This document shows positions 27,680-36,994 of a DNA stretch of 64,000 bases, one piece after another (the stretch's first letter is position 1; each line of letters begins with the position of its first letter). The stretch covers positions 1,839,412 through 1,903,411 of the forward strand of contig CBDDCL010000015.1 of NCBI GenBank assembly GCA_965226245.1, written 5' to 3'. The stretch comes from Bryobacterales bacterium. GTDB taxonomy: Bacteria; Acidobacteriota; Terriglobia; Bryobacterales; UBA6623. The notes below the pieces were generated by a model. It ran no database searches. It was given only the letters and a program-made list of their open reading frames with translations, and had not been told where the DNA came from. A program made the position numbers and the translations under genes.

Positions 27680-28706
27680 ATGGGGTATTTAGTTGACTCC
27701 AGTAGCCACTACATCTTGGGGGTGGGGGTGCCGGCCCTGGTGGCCTCGACCATTGTCTTATAGGGAGCAGGGTCGGCGGCGACCGCCTGCTGGAGGAGGC
27801 GATAGAAAAGTTTGCCGCGCGACCGTGAGGTCCGCCGGTTGAAGCGGAACGTGAACTCGTCCAGGTAGTAGTCCAAATACTCGTGACTGACAGCCCCCTG
27901 GTGGGTCCCCAACAGCCAGCGCTTTAGCAGAGAGGCGACACGATGGACTCTCGGCAGCAGCTTACTCGCCGATTGCCGCTTCCCGCGCAGCACGGTGACT
28001 TCATGGCGGTATCCTTTGTTCTCCAATCCCGCATAGCCTTCCCAGCCGTCGGTGTGCACGAGGCTGCCAGGTTGGATAGCTTCTTCGACAAAGGCTTCCA
28101 AGCTCGCCGCTGAGGCATCCGCGATCCGACGGAGCCGGATGCGACCCATACCGCGCCCATCCTCCTCGGCAGCAACCGCAACTAACGCTTTGCCAACCAT
28201 TTCGCGACCTCGGACGCCCTCTTCGACTCCGCCCACATACGTTTCGTCCACCTCCACCCGGCCGACCAGCCGATTGCGACCGGGGCGCACCATGGCGCGG
28301 CGGAACTTGTGCAGCCAGGTCCAGGCGGTTACATAGCTACCCAAACCCAAGACCCGCTGCAACTCCAGCGCGCTGGCCCCGCCTTTTTGCGTTGTCACCC
28401 ACCAAGCCGCCCGGAACCACAACGTCAAGGGCTTGCGGGTGTCCTGGAAAATCGTGCCCGCCGTCACCGAGGCCTGGTAACCGCAGTCGGCGCAGAGCAG
28501 CAGATTGCGTTTGCTGGCCCATGAGGACTGGATCCCACAGCGCGGGCACACGAACCCCTCCGGCCAGCGCAGCTTCAGCAGGTACTCCCGGCACGCCTCC
28601 TCGGTCGAGAATCGAGCTTCCAACTCGACGAGGTTTCGGGGGTAGTCCTCCTTCATGCCCCCAACCACAACATATTGTGGCTACTGGAGTCAACTAAATA
28701 CCCCAT
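27680..28706 (-). mobile_element. ISb copy 2 (1027 bp); identical encoded transposase, so apparently identical to copy 1
   Basis: Same ends as copy 1. AAGAGCCG is at 27672-27679 and 28708-28715, with one extra T (28707) between the IS end and the right copy. Confidence 0.9.
27709..28656 (-). CDS. IS1595-family (ISXO2-like) transposase
   Basis: The protein is identical to the 12709-13656 copy. Confidence 0.9.
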   Translation of the reverse strand: MKEDYPRNLVELEARFSTEEACREYLLKLRWPEGFVCPRCGIQSSWASKRNLLLCADCGYQASVTAGTIFQDTRKPLTLWFRAAWWVTTQKGGASALELQRVLGLGSYVTAWTWLHKFRRAMVRPGRNRLVGRVEVDETYVGGVEEGVRGREMVGKALVAVAAEEDGRGMGRIRLRRIADASAASLEAFVEEAIQPGSLVHTDGWEGYAGLENKGYRHEVTVLRGKRQSASKLLPRVHRVASLLKRWLLGTHQGAVSHEYLDYYLDEFTFRFNRRTSRSRGKLFYRLLQQAVAADPAPYKTMVEATRAGTPTPKM

Positions 28707-29649
28707 TAAGAGCCGAACAGGCCGGGATAAAAGTGTGGCTGGGTCTTGCTAACGACAGTTCTTACTGGAATCGGATCGGCGCTGACCGCTCGTTTCTGGA
28801 AACTTACCTGCGTAACCTTCGCAATCGATCCGCACTCGTCGCGGCCGAGCTCCTCCCAATCGCAGCCCGCTATGACTCTTTCGCAGGCTGGTACATCCCT
28901 ACCGAGATCGATGACGTTAACTGGCGAACGCGTGAAGCCGCAGGGTCGCTGAACCGCTTTGTTTCCGGTCTAAGTAGGGATTTGAGGCGCATTACACCCG
29001 ATGCCGGGATTGCGATCTCCGGGTTTTCGAACGCTTATCTGGACCCGAGAGGTTTCGAGCGATTCTGGACTAAACTGATGACGGAGGCCAAGCTGGACAT
29101 CGTGCTATTCCAAGACGGCGTCGGCGCGGGGAAACTCCTTCCGCGGGAGCTTGGTTTCTACATTCAAGCGATCCAGCGTTCCTCAAAGCAGTCGGGCTGC
29201 CGGCTGGTCGTTGTTCTGGAACTTTTTGAACAGATCCCAGGCGATTCCGGATTCGATGCCCGACCGGCCCCTTTCGAGAGGATCATTGATCAACTCAACC
29301 AAGTCAGACAGACCGGCGTCACTGAGATATTCGCCTTCAGCGTTCCAGAATACTTGACACCGCTGGGTGGTCCGGAAGCTGAAAAGAACTATCGGGATTA
29401 CCGCCGCCTACTGTCTCCACGGGGCCCCAGGGAGTAGTATCTCCCTCCGATACTATTTTGCGGGTTTCGCGCTGCGTTTCCGGCCAGAACACCCAAGCTG
29501 GGAGGCGGCTTCGAGCCTGCTGTTTCGGGTCACGAACCGGGTATCGTTGACCTTCAATTATTTACGAAGAAATTACAGTCTGCTGACCCGCGACGGTTGG
29601 TATCAAGGGGCTTATGTCGGACTTCAGATCGAACCATAAAAGGGGTACC

Positions 29650-30743
29650 ATGCACTTTCTCATTACGGGCGGCGCGGGTTTTATCGGCTCTCATCTCGCG
29701 GAAAGGCTCATGCGGGAGCATGGGACGGTTACCTCCTCGACAATTTGAGCACGGGTTCGCTGGCCAACCTCGAACAACTCTTTGATCAGCCCGGTTTTGA
29801 GTTTGTGGAAGGCAATATTCTCGACGAGAGGCTGGTTCACCGTCTGGTGGAGCGCTGCGACGTGGTCGTCCACCTGGCGGCCGTGGTGGGCGTGCGTTAC
29901 GTGCTTACGCACCCTCTTGAAACCCTTCAAGCCAACGTGAGCGGCACGGCGAACGTTCTTGAAGCGGCACGGCGATCTCGAACGAAAGTGCTCATTGCGA
30001 GCAGTTCCGAAGTATACGGCAAGAACGAATCCAAACTGCTCTGTGAAACCGCCGACTCGGTGCTGGGCCCCTCATCGATGGGTCGCTGGGCGTATGCCAC
30101 CACAAAGAAGATGGATGAGTTCATGGCTATCGCGTACGCCTCCCATTACGGTGTTCCGGCGGTGATTACCCGATTTTTCAACGTTGCCGGCCCCCGGCAG
30201 AACGGCCGCTACGGTATGGTACTGCCCTGTTTCGTGCGGGCGGCGCTCGCGGGAACCCCGATTCGTGTTTTTGGGGACGGCAGACAAACCCGCAATTTCA
30301 GCTTTATCAGCGACGTCATCGATGCCCTCTGCGGGCTGCTGGAATGTAAAGAAGCGGAAGGCGAAATCTTTAACATTGGTGGAACGGAAGAGATCTCGAT
30401 ACGGAAACTCGCCGAGCTAGTAAAGGCCACGGCGGGATCGCGGAGCCCGATCATCACGGTCCCCTATCACCAAGCCTATCCCGAAACGGGATTTGAAGAC
30501 ATGCGACGCAGAGTACCTTGCCTTTGTAAGATCCGGCAACTGACCGGCTGGCAGTCCGTTACGCCAGTGCAGCAGATGATCCGCGAAACGCTCGCCTGGG
30601 AGCTGAGAACGACGCTGCTGCAATGCGAGCGGGAAGGAAGCCGCCAGGATGACGGGGCAGACGACAGATATCGCCCGGCGTTGGGCCGTACCCAACCACC
30701 ACGGCAGATTTCCGGCCCCGGCTTGACACACCCCTTACAATGA
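29650..30743 (+). pseudogene. NAD-dependent epimerase/dehydratase (UDP-sugar epimerase/decarboxylase-like) with a frameshift after about 25 codons
   Basis: ATG 29650 gives MHFLITGGAGFIGSHLAERLMREHG..., then stops at 29746-29748. The expected continuation (Y)LLDNLSTGSLANLEQL... is in frame 3 (ORF 29745-30743). The C-terminal tail is encoded by repeat D1. Confidence 0.7.
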
Positions 30744-31040
30744 AATCAGACTCCCGTCAGGGGGAGGCTGCGGTCGGCGTGATGGGAGCAAGCAGCGTCC
30801 TCTCAATAGAAGAAGGCAAGGGCGGGTAGCCGAACTCGTCTTTTTTTGATTGCGGCGCGAACGTCTGCGCTTGCCGCAAAATGATTCGCCGGTTCGTCCG
30901 GCTTGCGGCGCCGGACACCGCTCTCCACGCCGGCGTTTCCCAATTCGAGTGAAGGAGAAGTGTGTCCGGACAGCCCAAAGCGCGAATTTTCTGAAATCCG
31001 CTCAATCCTGCTCACTCTGCATCCAATTGGCGGACCACCG
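30708..31040. repeat. D-family repeat copy D1 (inverted relative to D2)
   Basis: tttccggccccggcttgacacaccccttacaatga...gcgaattttctgaaatccgctcaatcctgctcactctgcatccaattgg is the reverse complement of 53786-54053, with a variable centre. Confidence 0.75.
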
Positions 31041-31236
31041 CCCGAAATCTTGTATCGGACGGCTCGAAGAGACCTCCGTCTTTTGCTGCCCCGGGCTCTG
31101 GCGCTCCAGCAGGCCGATCGCGACGGCCCCGAGCATGGCGTCTGGGCGCGGACCGCGCATCCCGGTAGCGAAACGGCGGGGCGCGCCAGAACCGCCATAT
31201 GGACGACGCCATGGGACCGATGAAACCGCCGAATCA

Positions 31237-32313
31237 ATGAGCCGACTCGAGATAAGGCACGGAGATGCGATTCGATCCGCGGCGGCGTTGGTTTCGATCT
31301 TTCTGATGGCCGCCGTTTTGCCCAGCGCCGGCGCCGCGATCCACAAGGTCATCTTCGACACTGACTTCCTGATGCCTCCGCAGGACGACGGAAGCGCGCT
31401 CGTGCTGGCGCTGAATTCGCCCGGCGAGATTGAAGTTGTTGGCGTCACGATCGTCGCGGGCAATCACAACCTCGAAACAGAAGCCGCGCACGCGCTTCGC
31501 CTGCTGGAGCTCATGGGTCGCGAAGACATTCCGGTTTACGCTGGAGCCGCCAAGCCCCTGCAGCACAAAAAGAGCGACTACGCGGTCATCGGATGGGGTA
31601 AGTGGTGGCTGGCCGATCCGCCCGAGGAACCCACCGGCGGCTTCGCCAAGAGGAAGAAGCTAGAGGACGCCGGTGCGGTGGATTACATCGTCAACACGGT
31701 AATCGAGAACCCGGGCAAAATCACCATCTTGGCGGTGGGGCCGCTGACCAACATCGCCCTGGCCATTCGCCAGGAGCCCCGCTTCGCCGCCAGCGTGAAG
31801 CGGATGGTCATCATGGGCGGCGCGATCGCGAGTCTCCCCGACGGCGCGGGCAATCAAACGCCGAACGCCGAATTCAACTTCTGGGTGGACCCCGAAGCCG
31901 CCAAGATCGTGCTGCGCTCGGGGATTCCGATCACGCTCTCGCCGCTGAACGTGGCGCGCCAGGCTCGCTTTACTCGCCAGTGGCACGAAAAACTCTTGAC
32001 CGTGGACACTCCGGTGACGCGTCTCATCAAGAAACGGCTAGCTGAGCGCGACCGGCCCATGAGCTTTCCCCGCATGATGTGGGACCAGCTTGCAACGGCG
32101 ACGCTGATCGATCCGGCGCTGTTCAAAACGAAAGAGCTCTACGTAGACGTGGATACCAACCGCGGCATCAACTACGGTGTTTCCGTGGGCGGCGAACAGA
32201 TCTGGCCCGGCGCGGAGGGCGCCCAGAAGATTCAAGTCGAGTACGACGTCGATGCCGAGCGCTTCAATCAGATCTACGTCGAACGCATGACCCGGACCAG
32301 GAGGGCCAACTAG
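31237..32313 (+). CDS. Nucleoside hydrolase (inosine-uridine preferring, IUNH family), secreted
   Basis: MSRLEIRHG...signal-like LMAAVLPSAGAA, VIFDTDFLMPPQDDGSALVLAL, VVGVTIVAGN. Start chosen at ATG 31237 (the track ORF starts upstream in repeat sequence). Confidence 0.85.
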   Translation: MSRLEIRHGDAIRSAAALVSIFLMAAVLPSAGAAIHKVIFDTDFLMPPQDDGSALVLALNSPGEIEVVGVTIVAGNHNLETEAAHALRLLELMGREDIPVYAGAAKPLQHKKSDYAVIGWGKWWLADPPEEPTGGFAKRKKLEDAGAVDYIVNTVIENPGKITILAVGPLTNIALAIRQEPRFAASVKRMVIMGGAIASLPDGAGNQTPNAEFNFWVDPEAAKIVLRSGIPITLSPLNVARQARFTRQWHEKLLTVDTPVTRLIKKRLAERDRPMSFPRMMWDQLATATLIDPALFKTKELYVDVDTNRGINYGVSVGGEQIWPGAEGAQKIQVEYDVDAERFNQIYVERMTRTRRAN

Positions 32314-32656
32314 GACGGCCCTCGAGGCCGCGGTCGCCGTGAACCTCGTCAACCCGCGCAGGCGTAAGCATCCGCCACCGCCCACGCGCCAAGCAACAGT
32401 AGAGGAACGAGTAGAGCAACAGTAGAGGAAACGCAAGGAGAGAGGAGCCAAGGAATGATTCAAGGGCCAAACGATGTGGCGCAAGTGGCGCGCGCCTCCT
32501 GGCGGGCAGCGTCGGCCTCCGGGCCGGCGTCCGTCGCGGACACCCCAAGCACATCGTCCGGCCCGCGCAAGACACGAAAACGTCACGAATCCGCACGGAC
32601 AACGGCGTCTTTTACGCGGAATCTGCAATCGGGCCGCCGACCCCTCCCAATCCAAA

Positions 32657-32804
32657 CCACTGAAAACAAAAACACTATTCGTTTTCGTCGAAGAGAAGGC
32701 GCCAAAATCAGGGCAGTTTTACCCGAGACCCTGAAAAAATCTGTAAAAAACTGCAATTTTGTAAAGAAAATTTATACCCCAATCGGCAACCTCTATCGTT
32801 TCAG
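32657..32804. repeat. AT-rich conserved module, copy B (degenerate: lacks the TGCCATTYTC decamers and has a 10-nt deletion in the promoter spacer)
   Basis: CCACTGAAAACAAAAACACTATTCG...TTTGTAAAGAAAATTTATACCCCAATCGGCAACCTCTATCGTTTC. A 47-nt block upstream (32485-32531) is identical to 5224-5270. Confidence 0.75.
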
Positions 32805-32894
32805 CCGTTCGCTGGCCACCCAGTACGGAGTGTAGCGCGGCCCGGCTTCAAGACTGTGCTACCCTTTCCCCAACTCTCGAAAGGAGACGCCAAG

Positions 32895-33971
32895 ATGGAG
32901 AAATGGAGACGGCTGGCTCTGCTGGGGCCTCTACTTCTGTTGAGCTGCGGGGGTGGATCAACTCCCAACGCCGATAACGCAGGCGCCGAAGGCGCTCCGG
33001 CTGACGGGCTGAAATCCGAAACCCACGTCTTCGAGGAGATCGGTCCCGGCATCTACTTCGCCACCGGGACCGGCAAAGTCAACGTCGGCAGCAACGCCAT
33101 GGTTGTCGTGAATGAGGACGACGTAGTTCTGGTCGATTCCCACATCACTCCCGACGCGGCTCGTGAGCTGATCGCCTCCGTGGCGGCCGTCACCGACAAG
33201 CCGATTCGCTACCTGGTCAACAGCCACTTCCACTTCGACCACGCCCACGGCAACCAGGAATTCCCCGAAAACGTCGAGATCATCGGGCACGAGTATACCC
33301 GGGAGCGTCTGCTGGGCGACGTGCTGAGTGAGCCGACCTTCACCGTCATCGGCGGCCCGGAATACCAGGAGTCCGTGGTGGCGTCACTCGAGGACAAACT
33401 CGAAGGCGCCGATGCCGAAACCCGCGAATCCCTCGAAGCGCAGATCACCACGCTCAAGCGCCACATCACGGGACTTCGCGAGGTGGAGCCGACGCCGCCA
33501 AACACCACCCTGGTACGCAAGATGACGCTCCATCGCGGGGCGCGCGAAATCCAAATCCATCACCTCGGACGCGGCCATACCGGCGGGGATGTGGTGGTGC
33601 TGCTGCCCGCCGAAAAGATCGTCTTTACGGGTGATCTTTTCTACATGGGAGCCCCTTACTTGGGCGATGGTTACGCCAATGAGTTCCCTCAGACTTTGGA
33701 AAAACTGAAGCAGCTCGATTTCGACATCGCCGTGCCCGGCCACGGTCCGCTGATCCGCGACCGTTCGAGAATCGACTACAACCAGGAGTACTTGCGAAAG
33801 TACTGGTCGCAGGTGAAAGCCTCTCACGATCAAGGGCTATCGCTGGAAGAGGCGCTCGCAAAGCTGGACTTGTCGGGCTACGAGCAGTTCGCGGCTTTTC
33901 AGTTTGGCAGGCCTGAAGTGCGCGAACTCGAGGTTCGGCGGATGTATCACTTGCTGGGCGGCGGCGAGTAA
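32895..33971 (+). CDS. MBL-fold metallo-hydrolase, lipoprotein signal
   Basis: SD aaggag. MEKWRRLALLGPLLLLSCGGG lipobox. HFHFDHAHGN metal-binding motif. The stop TAA is part of the ISa target duplication. Confidence 0.85.
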   Translation: MEKWRRLALLGPLLLLSCGGGSTPNADNAGAEGAPADGLKSETHVFEEIGPGIYFATGTGKVNVGSNAMVVVNEDDVVLVDSHITPDAARELIASVAAVTDKPIRYLVNSHFHFDHAHGNQEFPENVEIIGHEYTRERLLGDVLSEPTFTVIGGPEYQESVVASLEDKLEGADAETRESLEAQITTLKRHITGLREVEPTPPNTTLVRKMTLHRGAREIQIHHLGRGHTGGDVVVLLPAEKIVFTGDLFYMGAPYLGDGYANEFPQTLEKLKQLDFDIAVPGHGPLIRDRSRIDYNQEYLRKYWSQVKASHDQGLSLEEALAKLDLSGYEQFAAFQFGRPEVRELEVRRMYHLLGGGE

Positions 33972-33973
33972 CA

Positions 33974-35771
33974 CCTGAATTATGCACTGCGGGTACACCT
34001 GAGGAGGGCTGTGCCGCGAGGGACCATTGGGCGACCCCCGAAAACATGGGGTAATAAGGTAGGCTGGCAAAGATTTCAGCTTCGCCAGCCAACCCCAAGG
34101 AGGTCACCCAAATGGTTACCAAGCGAAAACAGCATAGCTCCAAAAACCCCGCCAAACAAGGCCGCGGCGCGACGGCTCCGCAGCCCAATAAAATCGGGGC
34201 TTCCACGCCCTATCACTTCCGCGGCAAGAATCTGACTCCCTACGGCGGCCTGCTGCCGGTCGCCACCCTGCTCGAAAAACTCGGCTTCCAAGAGCTGCTG
34301 GAACAAACCCTCAGCGTCAAACGAATCACCCGTGTGATGAGCCTCTACCAGTTTGTGCTGGCCCTCGTGCTGGGCCTCTATGTCGGCTTTGCACGGCTCA
34401 ACCAACTCCGCTTCATCGCGCGCGACCCCATCCTGACCGGCATCTTGCAAGTGACGCGGCTGCCGCCGCAATCCACGCTGTGGCGCTTTCTGGCCTCGCT
34501 GCATCTCAACGTGGCGCGGCAGATCCTGTCGATGCAGCGCCAACTGCGCGAACGAGCCTGGGCGGCGGCCAACGTGCGGTTGACCACGGTGACGCTGGAC
34601 ACCGACACCACCGTGCACACCCTCTACGGCCAGCAGATGGGCGGGCGCAAGAGCTACAACCCCAAGAACAAGGGCAAGCGCAGCTACCAGCCGATACTGA
34701 CCTTCCTGGCCGAGACGCGCGAATACCTGATGGGCGGGTTGCACAATGGCGACCGGCCCACGGGCAAAGAGATCGCGGCGCACCTCGAAAGTGCTTTCCA
34801 GGCTTTGCCGGCCAGTGTGAAGCGGATCTTGGCGCGGGCCGATTCCGGCTTTTATTGCTGGGAAGCGGTGGCAGCCTACGAACAAGCGCATTGTCAGTTC
34901 GTCATCGTGGCGCGCAAGACTAGGCGACTGGTCGAGCAGTTGCAGCAAGCGGAATGGAAGCCCTCGCCCCACAGCGACGCTGCGGCGGAGTGCGAATTCC
35001 TCTACCAGCCGCAAGGCTGGGGCAGGGCCTGCCGCTTTGTCGCGCTGCGTTATGAAAAGGAGCCGGAAACCGACGAGGTCGAGCAATATCAGTTGTTTGC
35101 AACCAGCGCTTACACCTACCGCGTGTTCGTCACCAACCTCACCGAGCCGATCGCGGCGGTGGCGTGGTTTTACAACCAGCGGGCTGGGGCGGAGAACCTC
35201 ATCAAAGAAGCCAACAACGACGCCGGGCTGGCGGCCCATCCTTCGCGCCGCTTTGACATGAACCGCAATCACTTTCAGTTGGTCATGCTGGCCTACAACC
35301 TCAACTGCTGGCTGCTGCTGTTCCAGCGCGAAGCCGACGCCACCCCGGAGAAGCTGCGCCACACCACCCTGGCGACGGCGCGGCTGCGCTTTCTGTTCGT
35401 GGCGGCCAAGATCTGGCGGCATGCCGGCAGAACGGGCATCAGCTACAGCGATCAGTACCAGGAGCAGGGCCTGTTCGAGCGGCTGATGCGGCGGCTGCGG
35501 GCGATGGCGCCGCCGGGATCGAGCTGCGCGCCGGTGGTGGAGGGTGCGCTGCGTTGAGGGGCGCTGCGCATAGAATTTTATGCACGGGCCGCAAGCTACT
35601 GGGAACATGCCGTTTGCGAGCCCGCTTTTGCCCGCCCGGAATTGGGAGGCGGCTCAAACCGGGAAGGAAACAGCAGAAAAGACGACTTGCTAAATCACTG
35701 AGTTGACACGACTGCCGCTACCGCCACAACTCCATCGGCGATGGCTACGCCGAACCTGTGCATAATTCAGG
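33974..35771 (+). mobile_element. ISa copy 5 (1798 bp), intact
   Basis: The 5-bp duplication TAACA is at 33969-33973 and 35772-35776. Inserted exactly at the stop codon of the MBL gene, so it is not gene-disrupting. Confidence 0.92.
34112..35557 (+). CDS. ISa transposase (481 aa)
   Basis: Full-length ORF. Confidence 0.9.
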   Translation: MVTKRKQHSSKNPAKQGRGATAPQPNKIGASTPYHFRGKNLTPYGGLLPVATLLEKLGFQELLEQTLSVKRITRVMSLYQFVLALVLGLYVGFARLNQLRFIARDPILTGILQVTRLPPQSTLWRFLASLHLNVARQILSMQRQLRERAWAAANVRLTTVTLDTDTTVHTLYGQQMGGRKSYNPKNKGKRSYQPILTFLAETREYLMGGLHNGDRPTGKEIAAHLESAFQALPASVKRILARADSGFYCWEAVAAYEQAHCQFVIVARKTRRLVEQLQQAEWKPSPHSDAAAECEFLYQPQGWGRACRFVALRYEKEPETDEVEQYQLFATSAYTYRVFVTNLTEPIAAVAWFYNQRAGAENLIKEANNDAGLAAHPSRRFDMNRNHFQLVMLAYNLNCWLLLFQREADATPEKLRHTTLATARLRFLFVAAKIWRHAGRTGISYSDQYQEQGLFERLMRRLRAMAPPGSSCAPVVEGALR

Positions 35772-35792
35772 TAACAGCAGGCGGATCTCCAG

Positions 35793-36332
35793 CTATCGGA
35801 GCGCTAAGTCAGTAACGGGGACCCGCCGAATTCTGCTGTTCTCTAGTTTGGCCTGCCAATACTCACCCCGGTCGGCGGCTGACGGGTCGAAAACATGCCA
35901 CAGTTGAGTCGGCTCGGATCCAAAATTCTCTTGAAAGTAGTCCCAAATCCGCCGGGCGCTTCTCCGTTCCAGCCGCAGGACGTATCGACCATGCCGTGCC
36001 AAGAGCCCCGCCTTGTATCGGCCCTCCCGGTCCCTGTCGGTTTCATACGGCAAGCCAACAATGTGCGCGTGGTCTGGTTGATCGGGTTCGACACTCAGCC
36101 CAAGATCACGTATGAACCCGACATGAAGACTCAGAACGGCTTGGCAAGGATCAAAACGCTCGGCACACTGCGAAGGTGTGCATTCAATGCTCACGGACAA
36201 CCCTTTTCCATCCGTGCCGGGTCGCCGCAGAAACGCTCCGGCAGTCACCCGGCCGTCATCTATATGAATGAGGCTCGACCGCGTAACAGCTCGATAGACG
36301 ATCGAACTACAACTGAGCTTTGGAAGGGACAC
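35793..36332 (-). CDS. Hypothetical protein (179 aa), downstream member of a two-gene cassette; candidate toxin/effector
   Basis: ORF with normal composition: SSIVYRAVTRSSLIHIDDGRVTAGAFLRRPGTDGKGLSVSIE...PDHAHIVGLP. No family recognised with confidence. 37 bp downstream of the 36370-36777 ORF. Confidence 0.6.
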   Translation of the reverse strand: MSLPKLSCSSIVYRAVTRSSLIHIDDGRVTAGAFLRRPGTDGKGLSVSIECTPSQCAERFDPCQAVLSLHVGFIRDLGLSVEPDQPDHAHIVGLPYETDRDREGRYKAGLLARHGRYVLRLERRSARRIWDYFQENFGSEPTQLWHVFDPSAADRGEYWQAKLENSRIRRVPVTDLALR

Positions 36333-36369
36333 ACAACCAACCCCGAGAGGACACTTTCGTCACTTTAGG

Positions 36370-36777
36370 TCAAGTTGCCAGCCAGCTCAGCCGCCTGGCC
36401 AACGCTCGACCGGAGGCACCCTCATCAAGGTCATACTCGCTACCCGCTTCGTGGTAGATGTAGGGAGAGGAATCAGGACTGGCAGGACAGACTAATTCCA
36501 CTTCGCGATCTCCTCTGAACCAGGTGATCCGCACTCCACCTTGCGAATCTGTCGACACAGAACCCCTCGGCACAGGACTTAGCGCGCTTGCCTCCTGGAC
36601 CAGTCTCGTCGCCAGATCGAAGGCGTGATCGGTCGGCTTCAAGACTCCAAATTCGTCGCTGTCTTCTTGTCTTAGGAGTGCTCGGAGACGCGCCAGAACG
36701 ACGGCGCCAGACTTTTCTGCTTCTGTCTGCGCCGTTGCTTGGGTAATGGTCTGTCCTTGGTCAGCCAAATCCGCCAC
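36370..36777 (-). CDS. Hypothetical protein (135 aa), upstream member of the two-gene cassette; candidate antitoxin/partner
   Basis: MADLADQGQTI...PVPRGSVSTDSQGGVRITWFRGDREVELVCPASPDSSPYIYHEAG... No family recognised. Confidence 0.6.
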   Translation of the reverse strand: MADLADQGQTITQATAQTEAEKSGAVVLARLRALLRQEDSDEFGVLKPTDHAFDLATRLVQEASALSPVPRGSVSTDSQGGVRITWFRGDREVELVCPASPDSSPYIYHEAGSEYDLDEGASGRALARRLSWLAT

Positions 36778-36994
36778 CTTACCTGCACTCCCATTCTACA
36801 CCGATTCCGATCTGCTCACCCTTTTTTCAAGGTCTTTGGCTTCGTGTGTGCAGGTTATTTAGTGTCAGCAGGAAAACTTTTCTGCGTGAAGCGCGTGCTG
36901 GGTACGTCACGATAGAACATGGCAATAAGGGAGTATCGCAGGCCAGAACTAATGCCGACTCCCAGGCCGCACGGTTCGCGATCCAGCTTTCATT

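Larger units (their letters stand above)
27376..29437 (+). pseudogene. DUF4434-like (YbcH-like, glycoside-hydrolase-like TIM barrel) periplasmic protein interrupted by ISb
   Basis: 27376-27679 and 28716-29437 join in frame (...VEGILKRA|EQAGIKVWLGLANDSSYW...), 341 aa. N-terminal signal-like LLVAALALVAAG, then IQGTFLQLWDDHAQWSDSQWDKLF...LVVQW, typical of DUF4434. Confidence 0.7.

Noticed and set aside
29367-29639. 90-aa ORF overlapping the end of the DUF4434-like gene
   Set aside because: It begins inside the upstream gene in another frame and has no SD. Only weak beta-strand-like character is present, so the evidence is insufficient.
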